From the NCBI RefSeq assembly GCF_009914755.1, contig NC_060933.1: a stretch of DNA of 64,000 bases. One strand, 5' to 3'. This DNA is from the human T2T-CHM13v2.0 reference genome, Homo sapiens. Of the stretch, positions 31,485 through 51,029 are shown piece after piece (within the stretch, counting starts at the first letter, position 1; the number at the start of each line of letters is the position of its first letter). The position numbers and the translations under genes were made by a program. Below the pieces are notes generated by a model, which had not been told where the DNA came from, did no database searches, and saw only the letters and a list, made by a program, of their open reading frames with translations.

Positions 31485-31855
31485 CAGGTTGCATATCCCT
31501 TATCCAAAATGCTTAGGACCAGAAGTGTTTCAAATTTTAGATTTTTTCAGATTTTTGGAATATGTGCATATACATAATGACATATCTTGGGGATGGGACC
31601 CAAGCGCAAACACAAAATTCATCTTTTTCATATACACCTTATACATATAGCCTCATAGTAATTGTATACAATATTTTTAATAATCTTGTGCACAAAACAA
31701 AGTTTTGACAGTGTCTTGACTCTGACCTGTCACATGAGGTCAGTTGTGGGAGTTTTCCACTTGTGGCATCACATTAGCACTCAAATAGTTTCAGCCTTTG
31801 GAGCATTTTGGATTTCAGGTGGATTTCAGCTTGAATTTAATACAAGCTCAACTTG
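31485..31855. mobile_element. Tigger4-type (MER46) MITE
   Basis: TA|caggttgcatatccc ... gctcaacttg|TA terminal inverted repeats with TA TSD. Confidence 0.88.
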
Positions 31856-32661
31856 TATTAAAAATATTCTGTATATCTGTTTATGTGTACTCTGTAGATC
31901 TGTGCTTTATATCATAAAAAAACTTATTTTTTTCTAGGGGTGATATTACTTCATTGAAAATGCATGGTTTAACTCAGCTGGAGTCAAACAGTACCAATGT
32001 CATACCCCAGAGCCTCTCCTTCCTTCCCTTGTGCCTTTGGACGAGTTACTTAAAGCCTCAATTTCCCCATCAGAAAAATGGGGATGAAAATACTGTTCTC
32101 ATTGGGCTGTTGTAAAGGTTAAATAGGCTAACATGTCTAAAGTGAATTACAACCTCAGATACAAACTCAATCCCACTTAAAGGATTTTAGACACAAAATA
32201 CTACTTAACTGCTACATAGCTTCCACTTTTAGGCTGTTGAAGAGGGAAAAATTCCTGTTGAACCTAAACACTACCAAGTCAGTGTTTAATGTTTCTTAAC
32301 AGAGCAACATAATCTATATACAACTTCTGTCCAGCCCCAGCTGGTGTTTCATTTCCCCCTTACACCTTTGCTTCTATATATATATAGAAGCATATATATA
32401 TATATGAACACGGTACTGGTTTACCAAGAAAGGAATCCATTCTCTCCCTCTTGCATCTAATTCCTCACCAATAAACACATCTAGGTAATGCTCAGTAACA
32501 ACTTTTCAAACCTTTCAAATATTTATTCTTGGTGCCCAGATAAATGCCACTGAAGATCTCTTTGGAGTTCTAAATCCCTAGAGGCTTTAGAGCAGAGCTA
32601 TTGATTTGCAAAGCCAGCCATGGGGCCAAATGGAAGGGGAAGGCATCTGCATTAACAATCA

Positions 32662-32978
<317 letters not shown>

Positions 32979-33614
32979 AACAATCAGAAGCCAACCTGGT
33001 CTGCCCCCATGTGAACAGTGTGAGAAGAATCAAGATCAAGGACACTTTGGGGACCCTTGCTATATTGTCAACTTGCTCATGTCTTATCCTGCCAGACAGA
33101 GAAATTTTGATAGCTTTAGCCAGGGTGAGATTGTTTTTCTTTACTACTCCAGACTTTTAAAATGACATTTGCAGTCTGAGGTAAGAGCAATTAGTGTACA
33201 CAAAACAAAATAAACAAAAAACAATACACAAAGCATTTCTCTTCAGATGCCTGTTGGCTTTCACCATATTGACATTTATCGCTTTCTCCTGTGCTTATTA
33301 TAAATGGTTGGTTTGTTCTTTTCTTTCCTACTTACTTCCAGCCTTGAGTCAGTGAATGCCAGGTGCAATATTATTGCTTTCTTCCCAACTGCTGCTCATT
33401 ATAGGTCTTATTCCCATAGTATTAGCTTTTGTCCCTGAATGCTGGCCATGACAGTTAACAAGAATTTCCATTTTAGGAAATGAATCTCACTAAACTACAA
33501 CTATCAACAAAACAAAATTTTCAACTAAAATAATGCAATGTGGTTTCCTTTGATTCACTCAGATTTTATGCCTCTGTCCTGGCATAAACTCAAGAAGGTA
33601 GAAATGCTACTCAC

Positions 33615-33680
33615 CAAACAGTTGGACTGGTGTAAATGGTATGGTCTGAGAAAGCCTCATTAAATTATTCCTTTCAATGG
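33615..33680 (-). CDS. TRPM6: TRPM6 exon 33 (66 nt): [22 protein letters not shown] (kinase dimerisation segment)
   Basis: gtttgcag|CCATTG ... CTGTTTG|gtgagt; [10 protein letters not shown] motif shared with TRPM7. Confidence 0.95.
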
Positions 33681-35148
33681 CTGCAAACAAAAACAGATTT
33701 TCTATTTTAAGTATGCATCAGTGGCTGAATTTACAGAAAGCCTCTCCACATCAATATATTCATATAATGCTATTTAATTTCAAAGACCTCTTATTTTTGC
33801 CATTATCAAAAATATAATCTATAATACAGTCTTAAAAATAAACTATGCCTTAAACAGGAAAGAAATCCCAATTTTAGAGGCATTTAATATGAGATTATGT
33901 CACATGGTCTGAGGTAGGACTATCACCTCCACTCTCCTGAATACCAAATCACATACTAATCCATACATATGTGGAACTTTCTTTTAAATGGCATTTTAAT
34001 CCGTGGACTTTGGTTTTCCTTTCCGAAGCAAATCCAAAGCACGGTGGGCTGTGGGGACACCTACTGTTCACTTTGCACAGTTCATCTTCTTTTTCCAGAG
34101 AGAGCCGAAGACCGATTTTAATTAGAAGCGAGTGATCTGCATTTTCCTGTTAAGAGCTATAGCCTAACAGATCAGAGTCAATATGAGTTACAGTATTCCT
34201 CACTAGAGACTTTCTTAAGTTGACAGCTGGAGTCAAAATAATAGATTACTGCCGAGCTGAAAGACTCAGTTGTAAGAGCCTGGGTTGAGGAGTCTGGAAT
34301 CCACTGCAACTCTATTCACTACAAAGGAGAATTCAGGATAAGGCAATCTATTACTAGACCCTGAACAAACAACCTTATATAATTATAACAGTAATTATCG
34401 CACCAATAAGCTCTTACTCATGTATTGAGCTTTAGATTTGTAAAAGGCTTGCCCATGTATTATCTCATCCAATGCTGAGAGCAATGACTCCCAAGAAACC
34501 ATCCAATGGCACAAGTCCAGTTGGTTTTTATATTGCTTTGCATTTCAAAGTGTTTTCCTCTTAATTCTCAACTAGCCCTTTGGCAGACTGTTCCTCAGGA
34601 AGGGCAAGTACAATTATTCCCACTTTGAAAGAAAGACAACTGAAGCACTGTGAAGTGATGTTGCTTAAGAGAGTCAAGACCCTTGACATCTTTGTTTAAT
34701 AACATCTTTGTTGAACTCACTTTGTGGGGTTGGCCTTCATTCAGTGATCATACTCACTGAGGCCCCATTGAGGGTACAAAACCCTCCCTCAAGGAACTAC
34801 TTTCAGGTCTGCCTTTTCCCCAGTCCAAAACATTGAGATCTCTGGCTTGGGGCTGCTTTGAGCGTGCAAAGAATTTTTAGATCTCAAGGTCATCTTTCTA
34901 CTTTGCAATCTGGAACTTGAGAATGCAAACATTTTGCAAAAATGCAAATTCTCTTAAATTCTGAAAACTTGTTTTCCCAAGTCAATGGCAAAGTTAGAAA
35001 TTGGAATGTTCTTCCCATCAAAGTGAACAATAACTTTTCAAGTCGCGAGCCATGTCAGTAACACAGAATTTGTCAGTGTTTCTGTTTACAAATGCAGAAG
35101 CACAGACATTTAGCTCAGCTGACATGTCTATGTGCATATGCATCCTAC

Positions 35149-35199
35149 CTGAATAATGATGGTGAGGCTCTTGAGGGCTTTTTAAGGAGGCTGAGATCT
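35149..35199 (-). CDS. TRPM6: TRPM6 exon 32 (51 nt): ISASLKSPQEPHHHYS
   Basis: aatttcag|AGATCT ... TATTCAG|gtagga. Confidence 0.93.
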
Positions 35200-36349
35200 C
35201 TGAAATTAGAGAGGAGATTGGCATTTTAATTACATGGCTGGAGATAAATACATGTTTATGAATATATTGCCTTCAAAGTTATTATTGAACAGGTTAATCA
35301 GAATGGCTTCTCAGTATTCGAAAAAGCTTGCCTAATATTTTTTAACCACAGTATTGCGCATGGTATCCTGACAGCTTCCAATCATCAATGTAATATCTCC
35401 AAACATATTTATATAGGGAATTGAAGAAAGGCAGGTAATATTAGCCTCAAAGATGTATTTCCTCTGAATCAATTACACCTCTGGGTTGCAGAAGGCACTC
35501 AGCTGCCCATCATACTTCACGACATCCCAGAAGCATGATTCTCTGAGCTCCCTACCAAGATGCAGTGCCCGTAGAAAGACAGTATTAATACCAAGTTATT
35601 AACAGACTACTTCACTGACCTAAAATAACAACAAAATGCTGAAAACACATTAAAAGCTATATACTGGAAACAAAGAAGAGGGTGGATAATATAGCACCAA
35701 GAGATTTGTTTGGTTATACAAGGACTATGTGTTGGGAACACCTCTTCCAAGTTTAACTCATTCTCTTCTGTCTGCTCCAGTCCTAAATTACAAGGCTCTA
35801 GAGAAATCCCTTGCAACAGTTTTGCTATTTCATAAAATCAAAATTAAAGTGGAGAACTTTGGTCTCATGATGGCAACTGTTTTATACCTCGCAGAGTAAG
35901 CAGCATAATGAGCCCAATTTCGCAGATCTCTCTGGGTTTTTGTTGCTGGATAAGGAAAGGAACGAGAATCACTTCCTTTAGGGAGTGTTGGCAAAAAGTA
36001 AGATCAGCAGAAAAGACTGTTTCTTTCTGAAGTCATCAATAAAAACAAAAAGTATTCCTCTCCCACTATGGATCATACTAGGCATGAGAGATATGGGTAA
36101 GGTGTGGTTCCCACCCTACCGAAAAGCAAATGTATTAGGAGAGAGAGACAGGTAACTATAATCACAATACAGTTAAAGTAATATACGTAATAAAGGTATA
36201 TACAGAGGTTTATGGAACACATTAATTCCACCTGGAAGGTAGGGCCTTCATAAACAGTGTGAAATGCTTAAAGTGTATGGGCATCTGAGTCTGATAAAAC
36301 TGAGTTTCAGTCCTGGCTTCACTGCTTAAGGAGCTGTGAGACCACATTG

Positions 36350-38500
<2,151 letters not shown>

Positions 38501-38942
38501 AGTGGCTTTACCAGGGAGCTGTCTCACATGACCTAATCCTATTTAGCCATTTGGGGCCCCAGATCTTACTAAAACCCTACAGGAAAAGGCACCCATATAA
38601 CAATCTTATAAATGGCTCTTAATGAGTAATGTGTGAAAAAACAAAAGGACAGTAAGAGTTGGTGAGCAAAATGAGCTCAGTGGTTATACTCTCATTCACA
38701 CAGAAAATGGAGAAATAACAGTCAGAAACAGTCATTCAAAAAGTTTTAAACCAGACATCAATCCCAATTTGTCTGAAGAAAGATATTCAACTTTCTACTC
38801 TTCTACTGAACTTTCTACATTGCATGATGGACAAAAATCATAAATACAATTTCAAGAATGACAAAAATATCAGCAGGACAGTGAACCTCGCATTAAAAAG
38901 ATGAAAAAATAAAAAATAAAATGTTTAAACAGAAAAACTTAC

Positions 38943-38968
38943 TGTCAACTCCAATTGAACTTTTCAGC
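38943..38968 (-). CDS. TRPM6: TRPM6 exon 31 (26-nt microexon): LKSSIGVD(K)
   Basis: ttttttcaaacag|GCTGAA ... GTTGACA|gtaagt; required to keep the frame between exons 30 and 32. Confidence 0.9.
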
Positions 38969-39098
38969 CTGTTTGAAAAAAAAATGAAGTTGTTTAGATA
39001 ATGCTGCCTTAAATCTTACAGTTATCAAAAAAAGGAAACAGCACATGGAACAGTAACAACACAAAGTATATATTTTATATACATGTGAAATACATATA

Positions 39099-40294
39099 CA
39101 GTCATGTACTGCCTAATGATGTTTTGGTCAACAACAGACAGCATATATTACAATGGTCCCATAGATTATAACAGAGCTGAAAAATTCCCAACACCTAGTG
39201 ATGTCTTAGCCATCATAATGTCACAGCGCAATGCATTACTTATGTGTTTGTAATTATGCTGGTGTAAGTAAGCCTACTGTGCTGCCAGTCATATAAAAAT
39301 ATAGTACATACAACTATGTACAGCACATAATACTTGATGATCATGATGGATGACTATGTTACAGGTTTATGTATTTATTATATTATGCTCTTTTTCATTC
39401 TTTTAGCATGTACTCCTTATATTTATGTTTTCTTTTTAAGTTAACTGTAAACAGCCTCTGGCAGGTCATTCAGGAGGTATCCAGAAGAAGGCATTGTTAT
39501 CATAGGAGGTGACAGCTCCATGTGTGTTATTGCCCCTGAACACCTTCCAGTGGGACAAGATGAGGAGGCAGGAGACAGTGATATTGATGATCCTGATCCT
39601 GTGTAGGTCTAGGCTAATGTGTGTATTTGTGTCTTCATATTTTTAAAAAGTGTAAGAAGTGAAAATAAATAAATAATTTAAAAACAGAAAATGGCTTCTA
39701 GAATAAGGATATAAAGAAAGAACATATTTTTGTACAACCATACAATGTATTTGTGTTTTAAGTGTTATTGTAAAAGAGTCAAAAAGATTTTTAAATGTTT
39801 TACAGTTTATCAAGTAAAAAAGTTACGGTAAAGCTAAGGTTAATTGGTTATTTTAAAAAGAAAAAAATTATAGAAATTTAGTGTAGCCTAAGTGTACACA
39901 TAAAGTCTCCGCTTGTGTAGAGTAATGTCCTGGGCCTTCACATTCTTTCAGCACTCACTCACTCTGACACCCAGAGCAAGCTTCCAGTCCTGCAAGCTCC
40001 ATTCATTGTAAGCATCCTATACAGGTGTACCATTTTTTATCTTCTATACTGTATTTTTACTGTACTTTTTTTGTGTTTAGTTACACAAATACCATAGCTT
40101 ACAGTAGTCAGTACAGTAACATACTGTACAGGTTTGTAGCTTAGGAACAATAAGCTAAACCATATAGCCTAGGTGTGTAGTAGGTTAGACCATCTAGGTG
40201 TGTGTAAATGCACTCTACGATATTTGCACAACGATGAAATCACCTAATGACACATTTCTCAGAATGTATCCTGTCGTTAATTGATGCATGACTG
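39099..40294. mobile_element. Tigger3 (MER7) non-autonomous DNA transposon, ~1.2 kb
   Basis: TA|cagtcatg ... catgactg|TA TIRs and TSD. Confidence 0.9.
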
Positions 40295-41717
40295 TATATA
40301 TATTTGAAAGAGAAGTATTAGTTACATCTAATCCCTATAGTATCAATAAAGAAGTAACTTTTCAGCGCTGCAAGTGTTTTTATAGAAAAATGAGCACCAG
40401 ATATGTATGTAAGTCATTTACTGTGTACATCCTAAGCTAATTGAAAAGCAGTTGTTGTTTTTTAATTAGCTTTGTGATCACACAATATATATAAGATGTA
40501 ACTGTGTTTGTGTTCTTCTGGATCAATTAAACTAAAGGATTCCTGAACTATGCAAAGCAGATGCCTACAAATGAGTCTGTGAATGTCTCTGGACAAGCCT
40601 ACAAATCAGTTTCATTAGCCCACGTGGCTGCTAAATGTTCACAGGCTGAAATTAGTTCTCTTTAAACTGTTACTTGCCCTGCTCAAATGCACAAGTGGCC
40701 ACAGGCGAGTCTGAATAAATACATTCAAATAATATCTTCAGCATTTAAGGTCCTTAAGAAAGAAAGTACAATTACGATTATTGTTCAATTTCATGCTGCA
40801 ATAAACCCCTACTCTGCATGAGCACAAACTACTGAACCTTTGGGAGAAGAAAGTCATGTGTCCTTTAAGTCTGGAGGCAGGCTTGCACAGGGTCCATGAT
40901 GGGAGCCCTAGAGAAAGACCATCTCTAAACAGAGCTGACTGCAAACTGAAAGTCACCTTCTACCTGCTGGGTATCAACTGGCACTTCCATAGAGTAGATG
41001 GTTTTGAATTCTACCTGTATGAATAGTTAATGTGATGATGCAACTAGGAAAGTCCAGAAAATACTACAAATAAAATAGAATTATCTTTGCTTGGTTGATT
41101 TACAACTTTTATTTCTCTAGATATATACTAATAAAATTCCAGGAAGACACTCAAGTGAGTTCTCTATCTTCTTTCTCTCTCCAACCAGTCTTCCTCTCCC
41201 TCTCTGTCTCAATCTTTCTCAGAGTTATTGCTTTGATGATTAGCATGCTACTGAGAAACCAAAAACAAAAAAGATATGCCTTATAAACTAAAAGGAAAAA
41301 ATAATTATTTTTAAAATTAAAGAATAAACGTAATCAGGTGTTCAGTCTAAGTCTGTTTCTTTAAGCAAGACAGACTGATTTCTACTCTTTTATGCAAATT
41401 CACAATCTTATCTATCCAAAAAGATATGATAATCATTATTCTATGTGTGTTTTGACACTGAAAAGGCAAATGTTTAATTTGTTGTAGGAGTATGTGTTTC
41501 GTTATATTCTTAAAAGGAACTCAGGTGAGATCTTGTTGCCAGAAACAGGAAAACTTGGAGAAGAAATCATTTTCATTCTGCTAACAAGAGAAAAGTATTG
41601 TCATTTGACACACACTTCTTTTCTCTCCCTTTCTGACTAAATTAAACCTTTGCTCCTAACCAAGTTAAAAAAATGGAAGCCAAAGATTCTTAAACATAAA
41701 CATTTAGAAATACTCAC

Positions 41718-41776
41718 AGGGAGTTCCTATTGAGGTTGGTGCTCCTGGAATTCCACAAAGAGTTTTTGCTGAGATC
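41718..41776 (-). CDS. TRPM6: TRPM6 exon 30 (59 nt): DLSKNSLWNSRSTNLNRNSL
   Basis: tctgctcag|GATCTC ... ACTCCCT|gtgagt. Confidence 0.92.
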
Positions 41777-42051
41777 CTGAGCAGAAGGGAAAGGCCGTTA
41801 CGTGTGTGCTCAACATAGTCCCACCCCAAGTTTCTAGGAATGATCTGCCAAACACGCTCCTTGGAGAATCCTTCTTTTTTCTTCATCTACCTGAATATTC
41901 TTCTTTTAAAAAACATACTAAACCCAAGCTAGAAAGATGCATAATGTTAGAGCAATGTCAGAGTTACTCAGTGTGTTGATGGACTTTAACAGAATGAAAT
42001 TACCTTTAAGGAGATATCAAACAGAAAATGTAATATATGAAATTTTTTACA

Positions 42052-42124
42052 GACTGAACATAGAAAATCAGGACTAAACATACACAATCAGTTAATCAGG
42101 ACTGAACATACACAATCAGCTAAT
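42052..42124. repeat. ~28-bp tandem repeat, 2-3 copies
   Basis: aatcaggact(a/g)aacatacacaatcag repeated. Confidence 0.85.
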
Positions 42125-42729
42125 GACATGGAGAAAAATGAAAGTACAAGTTGACAGACAACACGGATCATCACATTGTTATGTCTTATGAAAAGATTCT
42201 CATCTCAGGTCATGATGATTATTTAAAATAACATTACCTTGGATTTACCTCATTTGATTTCCTACTCAAATTCAATTATTTCCTGAGACTTAGTATACTC
42301 CAGGCATTACTCTAGGTAGGCCTTTTCATAGTTGTTATTTTTGCTGTCCATTAGCAATAATCTTATAAGGATGGCATTAGTCCCACTTTAGAGATACAGG
42401 TAATGAAGCTCATAGGTTAACTGATGTACATAGCTTTGAAACGTAGAAAGTGGCAGAGCCAGAATTTGAACACAGGTCCCTGCTTCCAATTACCCTCAAG
42501 TAGTCTGACACTTTACTTTGAAAATCTTTCACAGATGCTATTCCTACAAGAATATCTGAGGTTGTTAGCCATAAAGGTCATGTCTCAACAGTTCTCAAGT
42601 TCAAACAGGTAATATTCAAACAAAGACTTAAAATTAGGTTTCTTGGGTTAAGCTAACTATTCACACTTCCCACGTGGCGGATGGCACAAAACAAGGCCCA
42701 TATTTTTAGACAGCAAGAAAAACAGACTG

Positions 42730-43110
42730 CAAAACCGGAGAATCTCAGCATTGAAGAAACACTAAGGGTCTTTACCCTGCAAGGCTTGAATCCCCTCCAT
42801 CATGCCTGCAAAGAGGTTTGTTCAGCCTATGCTTGACTGATCGCACTAGTGAGGGACTCACTACTTCCAGAAATAAATCATTCCATGCTTGGAAAGCTCC
42901 AATTGCTAAAAATTTCTTCTCAGATTGGGCTGAAATCTGTCTCCCAGTAGCTTCTATATGTTGATTCTAGATCTACCTCTTAAAAGTGTATAGAAAATAG
43001 CTTATTTTTCTTCCACATGACAACTTTCATATATTTGAAAACAGTTTCGAAAACTCCTGAATTCTTTCTCTCTCATGCTGAACATCCCCAGGATAAATTA
43101 TTGAGTGGAT
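42730..43110. mobile_element. CR1/L3 remnant
   Basis: gagggactcactacttcc...ttccatg...ttcttcc...ctgaaatctgtctccc. Confidence 0.55.
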
Positions 43111-43318
43111 AGGTAAATTGCATAAAGAAAAATGTCAAAGAAAGAATAATGTGGAGGGGATTGAAAAAATAGAACAGAAATTCAACTGAGCATAGCTTCA
43201 AAACAAAGATTAAGCAGACTGTCAATAAAAAGTAGAAGCCAATTAAGGGACATAAAGGTAAAATGGGCGTAGTCAAGAGTAGCACTGCATGCTCGAATGC
43301 TTTTTTTTTTAACTCCTA

Positions 43319-43444
<126 letters not shown>

Positions 43445-43859
43445 TTAGAAAATACATGAAAATGTGTTACATTCAAATCACAGTTCCCAAATAGAAAAAT
43501 CTGAACACAGTACATTCATTTAAACTTGGATATAGTTTTCCCTTTCTGTTTTTAGCAAGTTTTACCAAGTTTCCTTTATCCTTTTTTTCTCAAGAGGTTG
43601 AAAACTATATATTCTATTTCTATTCTTCTATAGTTACTTTCACATTTATAACAACTTACACTTCTCTATTGAAGTCAAGAATTAAATGATCCATAAACTG
43701 TCCTCTTATAGGACAACACCTTTAGCAATTTTTATATCTACCTTATCCTGCACACTATTGCACATGCTTTATTTAAAATATGTGAAATTTAATTCCATTC
43801 CTAGTCTAGTTAGGAATCCTTCCTTAGCAACTGCATCAAACATCATAGTAGGCTACTTA

Positions 43860-44280
<421 letters not shown>

Positions 44281-44465
44281 CTACAGAGTTACTACATATA
44301 GTAGATGCATAATAAATATTTAGTGAATACTTGGTTGGATTAATTCTGAGAATAATACTTATTAGGAGTCCTGACTAAAAATAGGAGATAACGGTTGCAT
44401 TTTTCCTAATGATTTTGTGCTGGAAAAAAAAAAGTATACAAGAAGTATAAAAAATACTATTTGAA

Positions 44466-44760
44466 GGCCAAGTGGAGTAGCCGGCTCATGCCTGTAATCC
44501 TAGCACTTTAGGAGGCCAAGACAGGAGCATCACTTGAGGACAGGAGTTTGAGACCAGCCTGGGTAACATAGTGAGACCCCCATCTCTACAAAAATAAACA
44601 AAATTAGCCAAGCATGGTGGCACATGCTATAGTCCCAGCTACTCGGGAGGCTGAGGTGGAAGGATCGCTTGAGCCCAGGAGGTCAAGGCTGCAGTGAGCT
44701 GTGATCACGTAACTATACTCCAGCTTGGGTGATGGAGCCAGACCCTGTCTTTAAAATAAA
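44466..44760 (+). mobile_element. AluJ-type
   Basis: Diverged dimer. Confidence 0.9.
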
Positions 44761-45401
44761 AACAGAGAGAGAGAATGCTACCTGACAGGGCATCTGCCTA
44801 TTCACAGACTTTTATTTTTTTAATTCTTTTTCAATTAATTATTAACTCAGACACGTTTCAAAAAAACAAGCTTCTCAACTCTGGATGTGGTTCAAGAAAG
44901 ACAGTGGGCCTCATTACTCACTCAGATTAGCCGGGCACTCGGATCAACCTATTTCCCTAGCTTTACCTCTCCCTCTGATCATCTGACTTAATGAGATTCT
45001 TTCCCAGAAACCTCCTGCCACTTGTATCTCTCGATGTTTGAAATTCGTTGGAAAGAACTTAAATGATTTAAGAATGATATATAACATCCTAAACATAAAT
45101 TATACTATTTATAAAAAATATAATACCTAATATATATAATATAAATATATGACACTTATAAATAAAATCAATCTATTTATAATTGGTCCTGGAGTCATGT
45201 CTTTAGGTGTGGGATTTAATTTATCCAAATTTATGGTCTCTAGTAAATGGTATGATTAAAGTCAAGGTAAATTAAGCTCTCACGCTATATCTATAAATTG
45301 AGGGGGTGCTGACTAATTTAATCTCTAAATGTCTCTTTCAGCTTAGAGACCACTTGATTCTCAGTGATTTAACAGACAACTGAGTATTTTTAAACATAAA
45401 A

Positions 45402-45632
45402 TCAGGGTTTCTCCACCTTAGCAATGACATTTTGGGCTGGATAATTGTCATGAGGACCTATCTATCCCGTTCATTGTAAGATGTTTAACAGCATCCCTGG
45501 CCTCTACTCACTAGGTGGCAAGAGCATTCCCCCCACTTTAGTTATGACAACAAAAATATCTCCAGATATTCCCAAGTGTCCCACGGGGAAAGTGAAGGGA
45601 ACGTGTAAAATCACCCCTTGGTTGAGAACCAT
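45402..45632. mobile_element. MER20 hAT element
   Basis: cagggtttctc...gacattttgggctggataatt...aaaatcacccc..gttgagaacca. Confidence 0.85.
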
Positions 45633-46403
45633 TTACCATATGAACAAGCAGATTTTTAGAAAAGTCTGACAGCCTAAATTTCAATACAATGTCTACCTGT
45701 ACCTTAAACTTAGTATTTTAAATATTTTTAAAACCTTATGACTACTTAATCACTTAGTCCTTTCTGTTTAAAAATTGGTAAATGTCTCTTATCTAATGCA
45801 AGAAGTCCAAAGTTCCTATCATTGCTATCTTTTCTGTTCACAATCTGCCCTCATCTTACCTGTCCAGACCTATTTCACCGTCCAGGCCTAGCCCATAGTA
45901 TTCATTCCTAGCTGGTTGATCCATCTTCTCTCCTCTACAAACACCATTATTAAGCTTATTAAGAGATAATTGCCCACAGAATAAACACTAAATGTAGACA
46001 GTAGTAAATAACCAAATATAACTTAACCCACTGAATTCTGTGTAGCAGTCCATATCAGTGTCATGTGTACTTTAAGAATTTATAAAATTAGACAATCCCC
46101 TATCCATAAATCAGACTAAATGAATGCTGTCTCGATAAAACACTCTGAGTCAGGTTCAACAGCTTTGAATACAAGAGACTATCTAAATCTTAATTTTTCT
46201 TTTCTGGAGTCCTTTAGACAAACAAAATTTTGTCCCTTTCATAAAAATGAAAAACAGAAAAATGCTATTTTCCTTACAGAGTGTAGCCATCTTCTCTTTC
46301 CCTCATCTCCATGTGAAAGAACAGGAGGAACCGCCAATGGTCTAAAGACCGTACCCTGAGAAAACCCCACCAGGGTTTTTGGGATCCAAAATTGTAGATG
46401 TTA

Positions 46404-46935
<532 letters not shown>

Positions 46936-47616
46936 ATATTAGAATCCAAAGAATTTGTGTTGGAATTCTAGCCCTGTCATTTAGAAGCCATGTGAATTTG
47001 GGAAAATCACTTAATGTCTCTGAGCCCCTTTTCCTTCATTACTAAAATAATAGATAGCCAATAATATGACCGTCCTATATACTTCCGAGCTGCAGAACAA
47101 ATGCGGTAAATTGGTAACTCAAAAGCAATAAATAAATAAATCCAAGCTTGAATTATTGAACTCAGTTGCAATTTCTAGTTGAACTCTGGACATTTGAACT
47201 ATTCCAAAAATAAATCTACTTAAGTGCATATTTCTTGGGATTCCAGAAACTCATGGCATTTTTCCTGAAAGAACAGCCTTTCTTATCTCTCCCCTAAAAG
47301 GTTCTTTTATGTAATTGTCTCAATACTAATCTCTTTGCTTCTGCTTCTCATTCTAAAAAAGGCTGAGGTATTTTTTAATGCATCCAGATTATTATTTGGA
47401 AAAATAAGTGTAAACATTTTTTAAATAAGGCAGAGCATTAAGATCATGAAAGGTGAATTCTTACAGAATTGCTACTTGAGATCTAAAACTTCCAAACGAA
47501 ATATAAAAAGACTCACTGAATGAAAATAAAAACAACACATCAAAATTTGTAGGAAAGAGCTAAAACAGTGGTTAGAGGGAATTTGATAGCACTAAATGAC
47601 TACATTAGAAAAGAAG

Positions 47617-49068
<1,452 letters not shown>

Positions 49069-51029
49069 TTATGAACATTATGCCAATAAATTAAACAACT
49101 TAAACAAAATGAATAAATTCTTTGACATACACAAAAAAAGCTCATTCAAGAAGAATTACATAACCTAAATAGCTCTATATCTATTACAGAAATTGAATTT
49201 GTAGTTAAAAGCTTTCCCACAAAGATGGTTTCATTGGTTAATTCTACGAATACTTCAGACTGAAATAATATCAATTCCTTACAAATTCACCCAGAAAACT
49301 GAAGAGGAGGGAATACTTCCCAACTCACTAAATAAACCAAGCATCATCCTGATACCAAAACCAGACAAAGATATTACAATAAAAGTGAACTAAAGACAAC
49401 TATCCCTCAATAATTCTGATGCAAAAAAACTAATGAAAAGTTTAGCAAAATGAATACAATATGAAAAAAAATACATCATGACCAAGTGGGGTTTATCCCA
49501 GTAAGGTAATTTAATATTCTAAGAATTCTAACATTATAAAATTAATGAATGAAATTCACTGTAAAATAACAAAATCAAAAGGAGAAATATCTGATCACCT
49601 AAGTAGATACAGAAAAAGCATTTGACAAAGGCTAATATCCATGAATGATAAAAATTCTCTGAAAACTAAAAACAGAAGGAAAGTTTTCACCCTGATAAGG
49701 GGCATCTATAGAAAAACCTATAGCTAACCTCATTCTTAATGGTAAAGGATTAAATGCTTTTCCCCTAAGAACAGACACAGGAAAAGATATCTGCTTTTAT
49801 CACTTCTAGTCAATATTATACCAGAGGTTCTGTTCAGTGTAATCAGGCAAGAAAAGGAAATACAACATGTCCAGATTGAAAGGAAGAAGTAAAACTATCT
49901 ATGTTTGTAGATGACATGGTCATGTATACAGAAAATTCTTAAAAAGCTACACAATATCTACTCAAGTAAAGAAGTTTAGCAAGGTTGCAAAATATAGGAC
50001 CAGTATTAAAAAATTTCTATATACCATAAACAAATAATCAGATATTAAAATTGTTAACTAATGGCAGTTATAATAAAATTCAAAAATATGAAATAGGGAT
50101 GCATTTAACAAAATATGTGCAAGATCAGTAGTCTAAAAGCTATAAAACATTACTTCAAGAAGTCAAAGAAGACCTAAATGGAGAAATACATCATGTTCGT
50201 GAATCAGAAGACTCATTATTGTTAAGATGTCAACTTTCCCCACATCGACATATAGATCTATGGCAATTCTATTCATAATCCCAGTCCACTTCTCTATAAA
50301 AATTGACAAGCTGATTCTAAATTTATATGGAAATGCAAAGAACACAAAATAGCCAAACTTTTGAAAAAGAAAGAAAATTGACCTTTAATATATGACTCAA
50401 AATTTATTATAAAGTTGTATTCAAGATAACATAATATTGGCATAGAGATAGAAATTGATCCATACATATTGTGATCTATATGGTCAATTAATTTTTGACA
50501 AAGATGTCAAGGCAACAACAGAAAAAAGATATCTTCTATTATTGTTAATATGGTCAAGAACAGAATTGAAAAAGATATCTTTTTACCAAAAAATGGTAGA
50601 AAATTTTGATATTCATATTCAAGAAAGAAAGAGAAGGGCAGAAGAAACTCAATTCTTAGCTATCTTCATATACAAAAATTACCTCAAAATGGATTATAGA
50701 CCTACAAGCAAGAGCTAAAACTATAAAATTCCTAGAAGAAAACATGAGAATAAGTCTTAGTGATCTTGGCAAAAATATTTTAAATGTGATACAAAAAATC
50801 ATAGACTATAAAAGAAAAGAATCAAACACTTCATCAAAAAAATTATGGTTTCAAAGGACGTTTACGAAAATTAAAAGGCAAACCACTGAGACAAAATATT
50901 TGCAAAAACATCTACTCAAAAAAGGATTTATATCTAACATATATTTTAAAATGCTCACAACTTTATAATAAGACAACAACCCAATTTTTTAAATGGGCAA
51001 AGATCTGAACAAACATGTCACCAAAAATA

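Noticed and set aside
50163-50968. ORFs with L1 ORF2-like peptides
   Set aside because: Fragments of a dead L1 with stops and frameshifts.
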